Positions 7,876 through 16,389 of a DNA stretch of 44,990 bases are shown in pieces. A model generated the notes under the pieces. That model had not been told where the DNA came from. It saw only the letters and a program-made list of their open reading frames with translations, and searched no databases. The stretch is taken from positions 1-44,990 of the IMG/VR virus record IMGVR_UViG_3300025571_000006, one strand, 5' to 3'. This stretch comes from a virus (lineage: Duplodnaviria; Caudoviricetes). A program made the position numbers and the translations under genes. Numbering within the stretch: position 1 is the first letter of the stretch; every line of letters begins with the position of its first letter.

Positions 7876-8361
7876 GTGAGCGCTGCTGCTTTGCCCGACG
7901 GGCTCTTCACCCTCATCAAGAGCGCGATCCGCGAGCTCGTCGCGGCCTGTGCCGTGCCCGGCTCGACGGGGCCGGAGCGCGTGGAGCAGCTCACCGGCTA
8001 TTCGCGCGGCACCATCAGCCGCTGGCAGGGGGACGCCTACAGGGACCTGCCGCCGCTCGACGTGGTCGTCCTGCTCGAGTTCACGACGCAGCGGCCTGTC
8101 GTCTCGCGTTGGCTTGCTTCGCTTTCCAGCCATCAGCTCGTGCCGATGGCCGACAATGGTGACACGGGCTGCCTTGTGCATGACCTCGTGAGGACCAGCG
8201 GCACGGCCGCCCGCGTGACGGGCGAACTGAGCGCAGCGCTTGCCGACGGTGTTGTGACGCCGCGGGAGGCCAAGGCTGTGAAAGCCGCCATTGGCGAGCA
8301 CATGGAGACGCTTACCAGTGTGCGCCGCAAGCTCGCCGGCGTTGCCGCCAGGGGCGAATGA
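7876..8361 (+). CDS. Phage regulatory CII-family protein
   Basis: Position after cro; HTH-like RGTISRWQ and ALADGVVTPREA motif. Confidence 0.7.
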   Translation: MSAAALPDGLFTLIKSAIRELVAACAVPGSTGPERVEQLTGYSRGTISRWQGDAYRDLPPLDVVVLLEFTTQRPVVSRWLASLSSHQLVPMADNGDTGCLVHDLVRTSGTAARVTGELSAALADGVVTPREAKAVKAAIGEHMETLTSVRRKLAGVAARGE

Positions 8362-8362
8362 C

Positions 8363-8560
8363 ATGTGCCGGCGCTTCACTGCCCACTTCCTGCGCCACCC
8401 GCGCCGGTGGCGCATCGCACGGCGCATGGCCGCCGCCGGATGGCCGAGGTACGCCATCTGCCGCGCGCTCGGCATCCGGGCCGAGCGCCTCGCCGCCGCG
8501 ATGGCCCGGGCGGACCTGCGGGGCCCGGCTGAGGTGGCGCTTTTCCGGAGGGCTGCGTGA
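8363..8560 (+). CDS. Small basic HTH-like protein
   Basis: GWPRYAICRALGI; stop overlaps primase start. Confidence 0.55.
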   Translation: MCRRFTAHFLRHPRRWRIARRMAAAGWPRYAICRALGIRAERLAAAMARADLRGPAEVALFRRAA

Positions 8561-9765
8561 TGGCGCGCCTGTCCGAAGCCCAGCTCGACGAGATCCGCGC
8601 CCGCCACCCGGTGGCGGAGGTAGCCGGCCGGTGGGTGACCCTGCGCCGCTCGGGCAGCAAGCTCATCGGCCCGTGCCCGATCTGCTCCGACAATCGCCAG
8701 AGCCGGACGGCCGGCCGCTTTGAGGTGGATGGCGACCGCTGGGTGTGCGCCGTGTGTGCCGATGGCGGTGACGTGATCCGCCTCGTGCAGCGGGTGCAGG
8801 GGCTCGACTTCCGCGCTGCCGTGGCCTGTCTGGGCGGGGCCGAGGTGCTTGACCCCGAGGAGGAGCGGCGCCGGCAGGTGGAGCGGGAGCGCCGGCGCGC
8901 CCGGCGCGAGCGCACGGCCGCCATCATGCGCGAGCGGGAGCGGGAGCGCCTCTTTCGTCTGTGGCAGGGGGCCGAGCCGATCCGCGGCACGGCGGCCGAG
9001 GAATACCTGCGCCTCCGCGGGCTGAGGCCTCCGCCCGACGGGCGCCTGCGCGCGGCGCGCGAGATGCCCTACTACCACGGCGAGGAGCCGGATCCGCGAC
9101 GGCCGGGCAAGACGCGGCAGCGCGTGATCTATACGGGTCCGGCCATGCTCGCCGGCATCGTGGGCCCCGACTGGCGCTTTGCCGGCCTGCACATCACCTG
9201 GGTGGACCCGTCGCAGCCCAAGGGCAAGGCGCTCATCGTCGACCCGCAGACGGGAGAGACGCTGCCGGCGAAGAAGGTGCGCGGTTCCAAGCGGGGCGGG
9301 CACATCCACCTCGCCGGCCCCTTCGGCCCGCAGGCGCGACCGAGGCGCGTGATCCGCGGCGAGGGCATCGAGACGGTGCTGTCCGTCCGCCAGGCGCTCC
9401 TGGCGCAGGGGGCGGACCTGAGCGCCACCGTTTTCCAGAGCTCCATCGACCTCGGCAATCTCGGCGGCCAGCACGCCGGCACGGTGCCGCACCCCACGCT
9501 GACGCGTGCGGACAGGGCAGGGCGCGAGCGCTCCGTGCTCGTGCCCGGTCCGGTGCCAGACATGAGCCAGCCGGGCATCCCCCTGCAGGACAGCGTGACG
9601 GAGCTGGTGCAGCTCGGCGACGGCGATTCCGAGCGTTTCCTCACCGAGTGTGCGCTGCTGCGCGGCGCGGCCCGTTACGCGCGGCCGGGCCTCACCATCC
9701 GCAACGCCTGGGCGCCGGAGGGGGCGGACTTCAATGACCTGCTGCTCGAGGAGGTGGCGGGATGA
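8557..9765 (+). CDS. CHC2-type zinc finger / Toprim DNA primase-like protein
   Basis: GPCPIC...WVCAVC..GGDVI.LV; YLRLRGL; GLHITW; GEGIETVLS; GDGD; DFNDLL. Confidence 0.88.
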   Translation: MMARLSEAQLDEIRARHPVAEVAGRWVTLRRSGSKLIGPCPICSDNRQSRTAGRFEVDGDRWVCAVCADGGDVIRLVQRVQGLDFRAAVACLGGAEVLDPEEERRRQVERERRRARRERTAAIMRERERERLFRLWQGAEPIRGTAAEEYLRLRGLRPPPDGRLRAAREMPYYHGEEPDPRRPGKTRQRVIYTGPAMLAGIVGPDWRFAGLHITWVDPSQPKGKALIVDPQTGETLPAKKVRGSKRGGHIHLAGPFGPQARPRRVIRGEGIETVLSVRQALLAQGADLSATVFQSSIDLGNLGGQHAGTVPHPTLTRADRAGRERSVLVPGPVPDMSQPGIPLQDSVTELVQLGDGDSERFLTECALLRGAARYARPGLTIRNAWAPEGADFNDLLLEEVAG

Positions 9766-10739
9766 TCCCTGCCGACAGCAAAATGCTCTCAACGAGAAAT
9801 ATCTTCAGCCATTATTGTTTCAATGTCGGCAAGGGAGCTCTCTATCTTGCTGCGCTCCGTGCCAATAAGGTGCGACAATTGGGTGGCAAGGTTAAAAACA
9901 TCCTTTCCCCACTCAATGCTTATGCTCAGCAATTCGCGGGCGAGCTTCTCGCGAAGCTCGTAAACTGTCTCTCTATCGTCGCTGTCGACCGTGATGTATT
10001 CTATGGTTGCAAAGTGGATTCTGTTATCTGTGTGTTTGAACATGTTTGCGATTCTGAAAACGTGCTTGTTAAGTTTCGGTCCCCCTGTGAATTCTGCCCA
10101 AAGTTCATCCGCTATCGTGTATATGTCTTTGTTGAGGTTTCTCCACATTTCGATGTAGCGACACATGTCTTCTTGATATTTATGGGTGGATCCTATTTCG
10201 ATCTGACGGAGAAAATCGAAGTCAAAATTAATCCGTATTCGCGAAAGAGTGGCTCCATAGAATCTGAGTTTGGCGTCGAGATCCTGAAATTTGGCGAGAT
10301 CTCTCCAGCGCTCAGTAAGTCGGATGTGAAGATCTATTGCACGTTGCCGCCGAGATTCGTCGATCTGCCGCAAGATGCTGCGATTCTGGCGAACCAGCAG
10401 CGCAGCAGCCCATCCGGCAGCGGCCAGGGACAGAACCCCGGCGATCAGTGTCTGGTAGCGCTCGACCCAGAACTCCCAGCACCATTGAGCATGGCCAGCT
10501 CTCATGGCCGTTGCGACCAATGTGGACCCGCAAGCGACTGGTTCCAACGCCTTGTAAGCAATGAGGGCGGCAAAGCCGACCACTATCGAGACCCCAAACA
10601 TGACATGAGGCGTCGCGTTTTGCGCGTGAGGCGCGTGTGGCAGATCTCTCGGTTCCATCCTTCCAGTGTCCCCCAAGCCACCTTCAGTGGCGTGAGGATG
10701 GAAGGCGGGCGCGGACGTGTCGAGAGGCGGGCCGCATGA
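9762..10739 (+). other. Bridge ORF 1 (325 codons) antisense to membrane moron
   Basis: ATGA overlaps with primase stop (9762-9765) and MTase start (10736-10739); GAGGAGG upstream. Translation unproven. Confidence 0.45.
9789..10658 (-). CDS. AT-rich moron: membrane protein with two N-terminal TM segments and helical C-terminal domain
   Basis: Lower GC; hydrophobic FGVSIVVGFAALIAY and LIAGVLSLAAAGWAAALLV; start uncertain (10658 or 10601). Confidence 0.75.
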   Translation of the reverse strand: MEPRDLPHAPHAQNATPHVMFGVSIVVGFAALIAYKALEPVACGSTLVATAMRAGHAQWCWEFWVERYQTLIAGVLSLAAAGWAAALLVRQNRSILRQIDESRRQRAIDLHIRLTERWRDLAKFQDLDAKLRFYGATLSRIRINFDFDFLRQIEIGSTHKYQEDMCRYIEMWRNLNKDIYTIADELWAEFTGGPKLNKHVFRIANMFKHTDNRIHFATIEYITVDSDDRETVYELREKLARELLSISIEWGKDVFNLATQLSHLIGTERSKIESSLADIETIMAEDISR

Positions 10740-11320
10740 GACAGGGCGCCGACAGGCACGCGCTGGCCGAGCGCAAGGATGACCTTTACGAGACGCCGCC
10801 GGAGGCGACCCGGGCGCTGCTGCGTGTTCAGCCCCTGCCGCCGCGGATCTGGGAGCCGTGCGCAGGCCGCGGCGCCATTGCGCGCGAGCTGGCAGCGGCC
10901 GGACACGAGGTGGTGGCATTCGACCTCGTGCCGCACCACGGCGCCGACCCGGGAATCGTGACGCCCGTCGACTTCCTGCTGGAGCGCCAGGCGCCGGAGG
11001 GTTGCGACTGCATCGTGACGAACCCTCCCTACAAGCTGGCGGACGCCTTCATCCGGCACGGGATGACGCTGGTTCCGACCGTGATCGTGCTGCTGCGCCT
11101 CATGGCGATCGAGGGAGCGGGGCGCTCCGACCTCATCGACCGGCATCTCGTGCGCGTATGGGCGGGCATCGAGCGCCTGCCGGCCATGCACCGTGAAGGC
11201 TGGATGGGCAACCGCCTGAAGGGCGCGGGCGTGCCCTTCGCCTGGTTCGTTTTTTCCGCCAAGCCCCGGCCGGCTGGAAGCCCCATCGAGCTCATGCGCA
11301 TGTCGTGGAGGGAGCCGTGA
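10736..11320 (+). CDS. Small phage DNA amino-methyltransferase (probably N6-adenine)
   Basis: DLYETP, IWEPCAGRGAI (motif I), DFL, IVTNPPY (motif IV). Confidence 0.85.
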   Translation: MRQGADRHALAERKDDLYETPPEATRALLRVQPLPPRIWEPCAGRGAIARELAAAGHEVVAFDLVPHHGADPGIVTPVDFLLERQAPEGCDCIVTNPPYKLADAFIRHGMTLVPTVIVLLRLMAIEGAGRSDLIDRHLVRVWAGIERLPAMHREGWMGNRLKGAGVPFAWFVFSAKPRPAGSPIELMRMSWREP

Positions 11321-12420
11321 TCGCGCTCTCCATCAACAGCGATTGCCCAACGAGCAGCAAGATGCGTTTGGGGACTGCCAATTTGAGATCCATCCAAGCG
11401 GGTGCCACGACTGAAGCGGAATTCTCGGGATCAGGTGTCGGAGGGCGGAGCCCCCTCGATGCTCGGCATCTTTTCGAGAAGCTTCTGATTGTATTCTGGA
11501 CCGTCCTTTCCCGCATGGACGCGGCGGTGGCAGGTCGGGCAAAGCGCGATTACAAAACGAGGGTGATCCGGACCACCGTCGCTGACGCGGCGGATATGGT
11601 GGGGCTCGAGGTACCGTGTACCGTCGGGCCGCTCGAATGGGCCAGGTCGGCCGCAACCCTCACAACGTCCGTTCGCTCGCGCGAGGACGTAGGCGCGCAC
11701 GTGCGCGCTCCGTTCATATACGTTTTGTCGGCGACAGCCGGCAGGTGCCGACGGTTTGGCCGCCTCATACGCTCGACGACGCAGCTCTGGCAAGGAAAGA
11801 GCCGCAGCAGACTGATCCTCCTGCCCCCCTTGTTCGGTGTGAGAGTTGATAGCGGCAAGGCTTCGCAGCTCGAATACTATTGCATTCCGCATATTACCAT
11901 TTCGGTCAGGTGCTTCTTTGAAGTGATGCCCTTCGCAAACCCACTCCCCTTCAAAACGAAGACTGGCATCGCGTTGAGTGCGGAACAGCAAAAGGCTTTT
12001 TCCCTCGGCGACGTGATTGCTGATAGCGCGATTGCCACGCACAAACGTCATGTCGCCAACCTGCCCCTCGCCGAAATACTCAAAGATCCCATCAGACCGC
12101 AGACGATCGGCGTAACCATGTTGCTGCCCTTCGGTGCCTGTGATGATGAAGATGACCGGATGGCGGCGGGGGGTGATGATGCCTCCCCGCAGTTGTCCGC
12201 CAAAACGAGCATGGATATCGCGGCGCCGATTGTACGCCCGCCCAAATTCAAACTGCCAGCCCATCGTTGCTCCCTTGGCTGTTTCCACGCGTCGCCAAGA
12301 TTCACCGCGTCCCGCCCGGTTGAAAACAGGGAGCTTCGTTCTGAGGCCGTGGAGTGGGGTTTGCGGCATGTGACCTGCAGTGCGAACGCTCTTCGCCTCG
12401 GCGGAGGGCCGCATGACTGA
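11317..12420 (+). other. Bridge ORF 2 (367 codons) antisense to SRA-HNH moron
   Basis: GTGA overlap with MTase stop (11317-11320); stop in ATGACTGA over helicase start 12413; GGAGG upstream. Translation unproven. Confidence 0.45.
11431..12264 (-). CDS. SRA-like + HNH endonuclease (type IV, McrA-like, modification-dependent)
   Basis: GGII...HGYAD...DG.FEYFGEGQ.GDM...GNRAI..H...GK.L.LF, then CEGC...YLEPHH...GGPD...IALCPTCHRRVH; GGGAG RBS. Confidence 0.85.
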   Translation of the reverse strand: MGWQFEFGRAYNRRRDIHARFGGQLRGGIITPRRHPVIFIITGTEGQQHGYADRLRSDGIFEYFGEGQVGDMTFVRGNRAISNHVAEGKSLLLFRTQRDASLRFEGEWVCEGHHFKEAPDRNGNMRNAIVFELRSLAAINSHTEQGGQEDQSAAALSLPELRRRAYEAAKPSAPAGCRRQNVYERSAHVRAYVLARANGRCEGCGRPGPFERPDGTRYLEPHHIRRVSDGGPDHPRFVIALCPTCHRRVHAGKDGPEYNQKLLEKMPSIEGAPPSDT

Positions 12421-14176
12421 CGAAGCGTTGCGCACCATTGCCGAGATCGTGGAGAACGCCGAGCCGGTGGACATTGCGCCCACCGGCGATGGCGGCGGCC
12501 CTCGCACACCCGGCGGCGGGGATCGAGGCGGGGGCGGCGGCGAGCCGCCGGAGCGTGTGCCTGATCCGGTGGACTGGGAGCTGGTGCGTCGCTGTGCCGC
12601 CGAGCCGGAGACGGACATTGGCAATGCCCGGCGCTTTCTGCACCGCTACCGAAACGACGTTATCTCCGTGATGCGCATCGGCTTCCACGTTTACGACGGG
12701 CGGCGGTGGGCCGAGGACGTGGAGGGAGCGAGCATCCGCCCCCTGGCGCACAGGACGGTGGAGGAGATCCGCCTTGAGGCGACGCTGGTCGAGCCGACCG
12801 AGGAGGAGCAGGCGGCCATCGCAGCGGCCGAGGAGGTGATGCCGCGGTATACCAGGCTGAAGAAACTCGGCCGCCAGCGCACACCCGAGGAGGAACTGGA
12901 GCTGCTGCGCCTCGGCGAGATCGTGGGGCTCGGCGCCGAGGCGGCCAAGGCGATCTCGGAGCGGCGCGCCAGGCGCGTGCGCTATGCCAAGACCTCGGCC
13001 TCGTCCGGAAAGATCGACAACATGCTCAAGGAGGCGGCCGTCTACGTCGCGAAATCCGTCTCCGAACTCGACGCCGACCCTCTCGCCATCAATTGCCACA
13101 ACGGCACGTTGCGCCTCGTCCGGCAGGGCGAGGGCAAGCAGGCCATCTGGACCGTGCGGCTCGACCCGCACCGGCGGGAGGACCTCATCTCCAAGCTGAT
13201 CCCGGTGGCCTATGACGACGCGGCGGAGTGCCCGAACTTCCTGCGCTTCATCGAGACGGTGCTGCCGGACGACGAGGTGCGCGCCTTCATGCAGCGCTAC
13301 CTGGGCTATGCACTGACTGCCCTGACGGGCGAGCAGGTCTTCGTCTTCCTCTACGGGCAGGGGCGCAACGGCAAGTCGACCCTCGTGGACCTCATCTGCC
13401 GGCTGCTCGGCGACTATGCTGCATCCGTGCCCTTCGAGACGCTGGCGGGCGAGGACCGCCGCAAGGGGTCCGAGGCGACGCCCGAGCTTGCCCGTTTGCC
13501 GGGCACGCGGCTTGTGCGCGCGAGCGAGCCGGAGCAATCGATGCAATTTCGCGAGGCGATGGTGAAATCGCTCACCTCGGGCGAGCCCATCCTGGTGCGC
13601 CATCTGCACCGAGACTTCGTGGAGGTGTACCCCACCTTCAAGCTGGTCGTGTCAGGCAATCACAAGCCGACCATCAAGGGCACGGACGACGGCATCTGGC
13701 GGCGCGTGCTGCTGGTGCCATTCCTCGTGCAGATTCCCAAGGAGGACATCGACCGCGCGCTGCCGGACAAGCTGTGGGCTGAGCGGGCCGGTATCCTCAA
13801 CTGGCTCATTGCGGGCGCGCTCTCTTACCTGCAGGAGGGGCTGGGCATCCCGGAGGCCGTGCGGGCGGCCACGGACGAATACCGCGAGGAATCGGACCCG
13901 GTGAGCGCCTGGGTGCGCGAGGCCTGCATCGTCACCGGTGAGGACACCGACGTGATGACGCCGGGCGAGGCGCACGCCTCGTTCAAGGTGTTCTGCGAGC
14001 GGGCCGGCTTCAATGCCTGGGGACCGACGACATTCAACCGCAACCTGCCGCTCAAGGCCGCGGCATTCGGATTCCGCAAGGCGAAGTCGATGGGCATGAG
14101 CCTCTACCGCGGCCTGCGCATCAAGGACGAATACCGGCCGCCCTCGCACACCCATGGCGGGGACAGCGAGGGCTGA
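12413..14176 (+). CDS. P4-family / D5-like SF3 helicase (phage/plasmid primase P4 family C-terminal)
   Basis: TDIGNARRF, NCHNGT, Walker A GQGRNGKST, SGNHKP, DDGIWRR. Confidence 0.93.
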   Translation: MTDEALRTIAEIVENAEPVDIAPTGDGGGPRTPGGGDRGGGGGEPPERVPDPVDWELVRRCAAEPETDIGNARRFLHRYRNDVISVMRIGFHVYDGRRWAEDVEGASIRPLAHRTVEEIRLEATLVEPTEEEQAAIAAAEEVMPRYTRLKKLGRQRTPEEELELLRLGEIVGLGAEAAKAISERRARRVRYAKTSASSGKIDNMLKEAAVYVAKSVSELDADPLAINCHNGTLRLVRQGEGKQAIWTVRLDPHRREDLISKLIPVAYDDAAECPNFLRFIETVLPDDEVRAFMQRYLGYALTALTGEQVFVFLYGQGRNGKSTLVDLICRLLGDYAASVPFETLAGEDRRKGSEATPELARLPGTRLVRASEPEQSMQFREAMVKSLTSGEPILVRHLHRDFVEVYPTFKLVVSGNHKPTIKGTDDGIWRRVLLVPFLVQIPKEDIDRALPDKLWAERAGILNWLIAGALSYLQEGLGIPEAVRAATDEYREESDPVSAWVREACIVTGEDTDVMTPGEAHASFKVFCERAGFNAWGPTTFNRNLPLKAAAFGFRKAKSMGMSLYRGLRIKDEYRPPSHTHGGDSEG

Positions 14177-14190
14177 GGCGCGCCTTGCCG

Positions 14191-14493
14191 AGGGAGGCTA
14201 GGGAGGCTGGCGGGCGCGCGGCTCGGCTGCCTCCCTCGGGGAGGGCGAGGGAGATCAACGGGTTAGGACGGTAGGGAGGCTAGGGAGGCAATCCGGGCGG
14301 ACGCGCGTGAGAGGCTGGCGCTCATCAGGGTTATGAGCGGGTTTCGTTCTTACGCATCACGACACTCTTGCCTCCCTACCTTCCCTGAAAGCGAGCCGAA
14401 AGGAAAAAAGAGGAAAGAGTGCAGGGGTTTAGGGAAGTAAGAACCTGCGCATGGTGCCTCCCTGCGATCCTCCCTAGCGCCCCTTGCCTCCCT
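14191..14493. repeat. AGGGAGGC octamer array; putative replication origin
   Basis: Exact copies + at 14191, 14200, 14273, 14282; - at 14229, 14370, 14456, 14486; further degenerate copies; non-coding gap after helicase. Confidence 0.75.
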
Positions 14494-14514
14494 GATGACA
14501 AAGGAGCGGCGGCA

Positions 14515-15393
14515 ATGACGGCAAAGCGGGTGATGGATATCGAGGCTGTGCTGCGGTGGGCCTACCGGGACGAGTTGCCGAAGGCCGCGCCGGCGCGGGC
14601 CGGGCTTGCGCGAGGGATGAGTGCCGCATGGAGCAGCGTCGAGTCCTTCGTCGAACTGCTCACGGTGATTGACGACAACAGCTTCGGCGTCGTGCCTGAT
14701 CTCCTCTCCTCCAACGGCCCGCACGCGGACGCCATCGCCATCTTCGAGCGGGTGCGAGCGCTCGATGACCTCGAAATCGAGTTGCCCGACGACTGGAACC
14801 CCATGGTGGACCTCGGCGACCTCGGCGACCTCGGCCGGGAGGCGATTGCCCGCGCGATCGACGCCGCGACCATCGTCGACGAGCAAAATCGCCGCCGTCT
14901 CCGGCGCACGCCGCGCCGGCTCGTGGAGAAGCACGCCATCCTCGGCGGGTGCCCGGACTGGGAAATGGAGGCGCCGGTCGCTGAGGTGGTGCGCCGCGGG
15001 AAGACCGGACAGCCCGCCTGGTTCGTGAAGGAGACGATCTGGGAGGAAGCCTTCGGCGGGCAGCGCGTTGCGCGCGTCGTCGAGGTGGACGGCTTCAGCT
15101 ACACGCGCCGCCGCCCTCGCCCGGGCGCGTACCAGAAAACCCACCTTGTTCCCGATCCGGTGCCAGGGCTCGTCGAGCGCGCAGAGTATGAGGTGTGGCG
15201 GGCGGCGCTCGACCTGCTGACTGAGGAGCTTTCTGGCCAGCTCGAATCGATCGATGTGCGTCCTTCGCCTCGCCCGCACCGCCCGTGGGAGGTGGGGCGC
15301 CCCGGCCAGCGTGTCCTTGATAGTCTTCTGAAACCATTGCCGGACAAGGAAGTGAGGGCCAAACGCCCGCGGCGAGCGAAGCAGGGGGCTTGA
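14515..15393 (+). CDS. Phage protein at the Q position (possible late regulator)
   Basis: AAGGAG RBS; MDIEAVLRWAYRDELPK; last gene before the late block. Function inferred from position only. Confidence 0.6.
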   Translation: MTAKRVMDIEAVLRWAYRDELPKAAPARAGLARGMSAAWSSVESFVELLTVIDDNSFGVVPDLLSSNGPHADAIAIFERVRALDDLEIELPDDWNPMVDLGDLGDLGREAIARAIDAATIVDEQNRRRLRRTPRRLVEKHAILGGCPDWEMEAPVAEVVRRGKTGQPAWFVKETIWEEAFGGQRVARVVEVDGFSYTRRRPRPGAYQKTHLVPDPVPGLVERAEYEVWRAALDLLTEELSGQLESIDVRPSPRPHRPWEVGRPGQRVLDSLLKPLPDKEVRAKRPRRAKQGA

Positions 15394-15449
15394 CGCGCGA
15401 CCTTTGTTTGGCGATAGGTCGGGACAGACGAAAAGGTCTCAAATCGACG

Positions 15450-15480
15450 AACCCCGCCGGGACACCCGCGCGGGGTTTTT
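15450..15480 (+). terminator. Intrinsic terminator ahead of late genes
   Basis: AACCCCGC...GCGGGGTT followed by TTT; TTGACG at 15390-15395 upstream. Confidence 0.65.
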
Positions 15481-15511
15481 GCGTTGGGGGCCGCCAGCTG
15501 AGGAGGCGAGC

Positions 15512-15688
15512 ATGTGCCGATGCGCCGAACGCCGCGCGGCCCTCGGCCGATCCGCCCATGCCCTTGTGCGCGGTGATGGCGGGCGCGCACTCGACGAGCT
15601 GCGTTTCGTCGCCCGCAGCGCAGCGCAGGACGCCTCGCAGGCGCTCGCGCAGAAGGTCGCGGCGGCGAGGGCGAGGCTGAGGCGATGA
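15512..15688 (+). CDS. Small hypothetical protein (MCRCAERR...)
   Basis: GAGGAGG RBS; ATGA coupling to next gene. Confidence 0.6.
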   Translation: MCRCAERRAALGRSAHALVRGDGGRALDELRFVARSAAQDASQALAQKVAAARARLRR

Positions 15689-16278
15689 GCGTCACGATCC
15701 GTGTGGCCGACACGTTCGACAACCTCGAGCGCGCGTTTCGCGATCTCGTCCCGGCGGAACGCCGCAATGCGGCCTACGCCCGGGCCATCAACAAGGCCAT
15801 CGCTCAAGCCCGAACGCAGTGGGCGCGCCACATCTCAAAGAGCGCGCAGCTGCCCTATGCCTACGTGCGCCGGGCGACGGTGGTCTTCCACGCGTCCGCC
15901 GCACGACCGGTGGCAACGCTGACTGTGTCGGGGCGCTACCTCACGCTGTTCCGCTATGCCGAGGCAGCTGGCGGCAAGCCGTTCCTGCTGCCGAGCGGCG
16001 TCGTGGCAGGGCGCTGGGGGCTGCACCGTGGGGCTTTCATCGCTCGGATGCCCAACGGGCACATCAGCATCTTCGCTCGCAGGTCCAAGAAGCGCCTGCC
16101 CATCAAGCAGCTCTATGGCCCTTCGGTGCCGCGGCCACTGCTCAACGCCCGGAAGACCGACTTCACGCCCGAGGCCACCAAGGCCATTTCCGACAAGATC
16201 AACGAAGTCATCCTGCCGCTGGCTCTGCATGAGATCGGCCGTGAGATCGACCGCGTGAAGGCGCGGCACGGGGTCTGA
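15685..16278 (+). CDS. Lambda gpZ-like tail completion protein
   Basis: ARAINKA...GAFIARMPNGH..IF.R..K.RLPIKQLYGPSVP. Confidence 0.75.
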   Translation: MSVTIRVADTFDNLERAFRDLVPAERRNAAYARAINKAIAQARTQWARHISKSAQLPYAYVRRATVVFHASAARPVATLTVSGRYLTLFRYAEAAGGKPFLLPSGVVAGRWGLHRGAFIARMPNGHISIFARRSKKRLPIKQLYGPSVPRPLLNARKTDFTPEATKAISDKINEVILPLALHEIGREIDRVKARHGV

Positions 16279-16305
16279 CGGGGAGCTTCGCGGCGTATGT
16301 TTCAC

Positions 16306-16358
16306 GGGTCCTTCCCGCCGGGGAGGGCCCCACGGGCGCGCTGCCCGCGAATTTTTGC
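16306..16358 (+). other. Lambda-like cos site (cosQ + cosN)
   Basis: GGGTCCT (16306-16312) equals lambda cosQ; dyad CGGGC-GCGCT-GCCCG (16333-16347) then CGAATTTTTGC; just upstream of small terminase. Confidence 0.7.
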
Positions 16359-16389
16359 CAGTAAGGCAGGTCGAAAATCAGGGTTGACG

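Noticed and set aside
7528-9792. 754-aa minus-strand ORF (also 19268-21142, 34082-35959, 12302-13609, 3908-5488 and similar)
   Set aside because: Shadows of GC-rich genes with no motifs or coupling. Such shadows are common here, which is also the main caveat for the bridge-ORF finding.
10736-12264. Type II restriction-modification pair
   Set aside because: Nuclease has a modified-base-reading SRA-like domain, differs in composition and is convergent; the MTase belongs to the phage operon.
14191-14493. CRISPR array
   Set aside because: Repeats are 8 bp, in both orientations, irregularly spaced; no cas genes.
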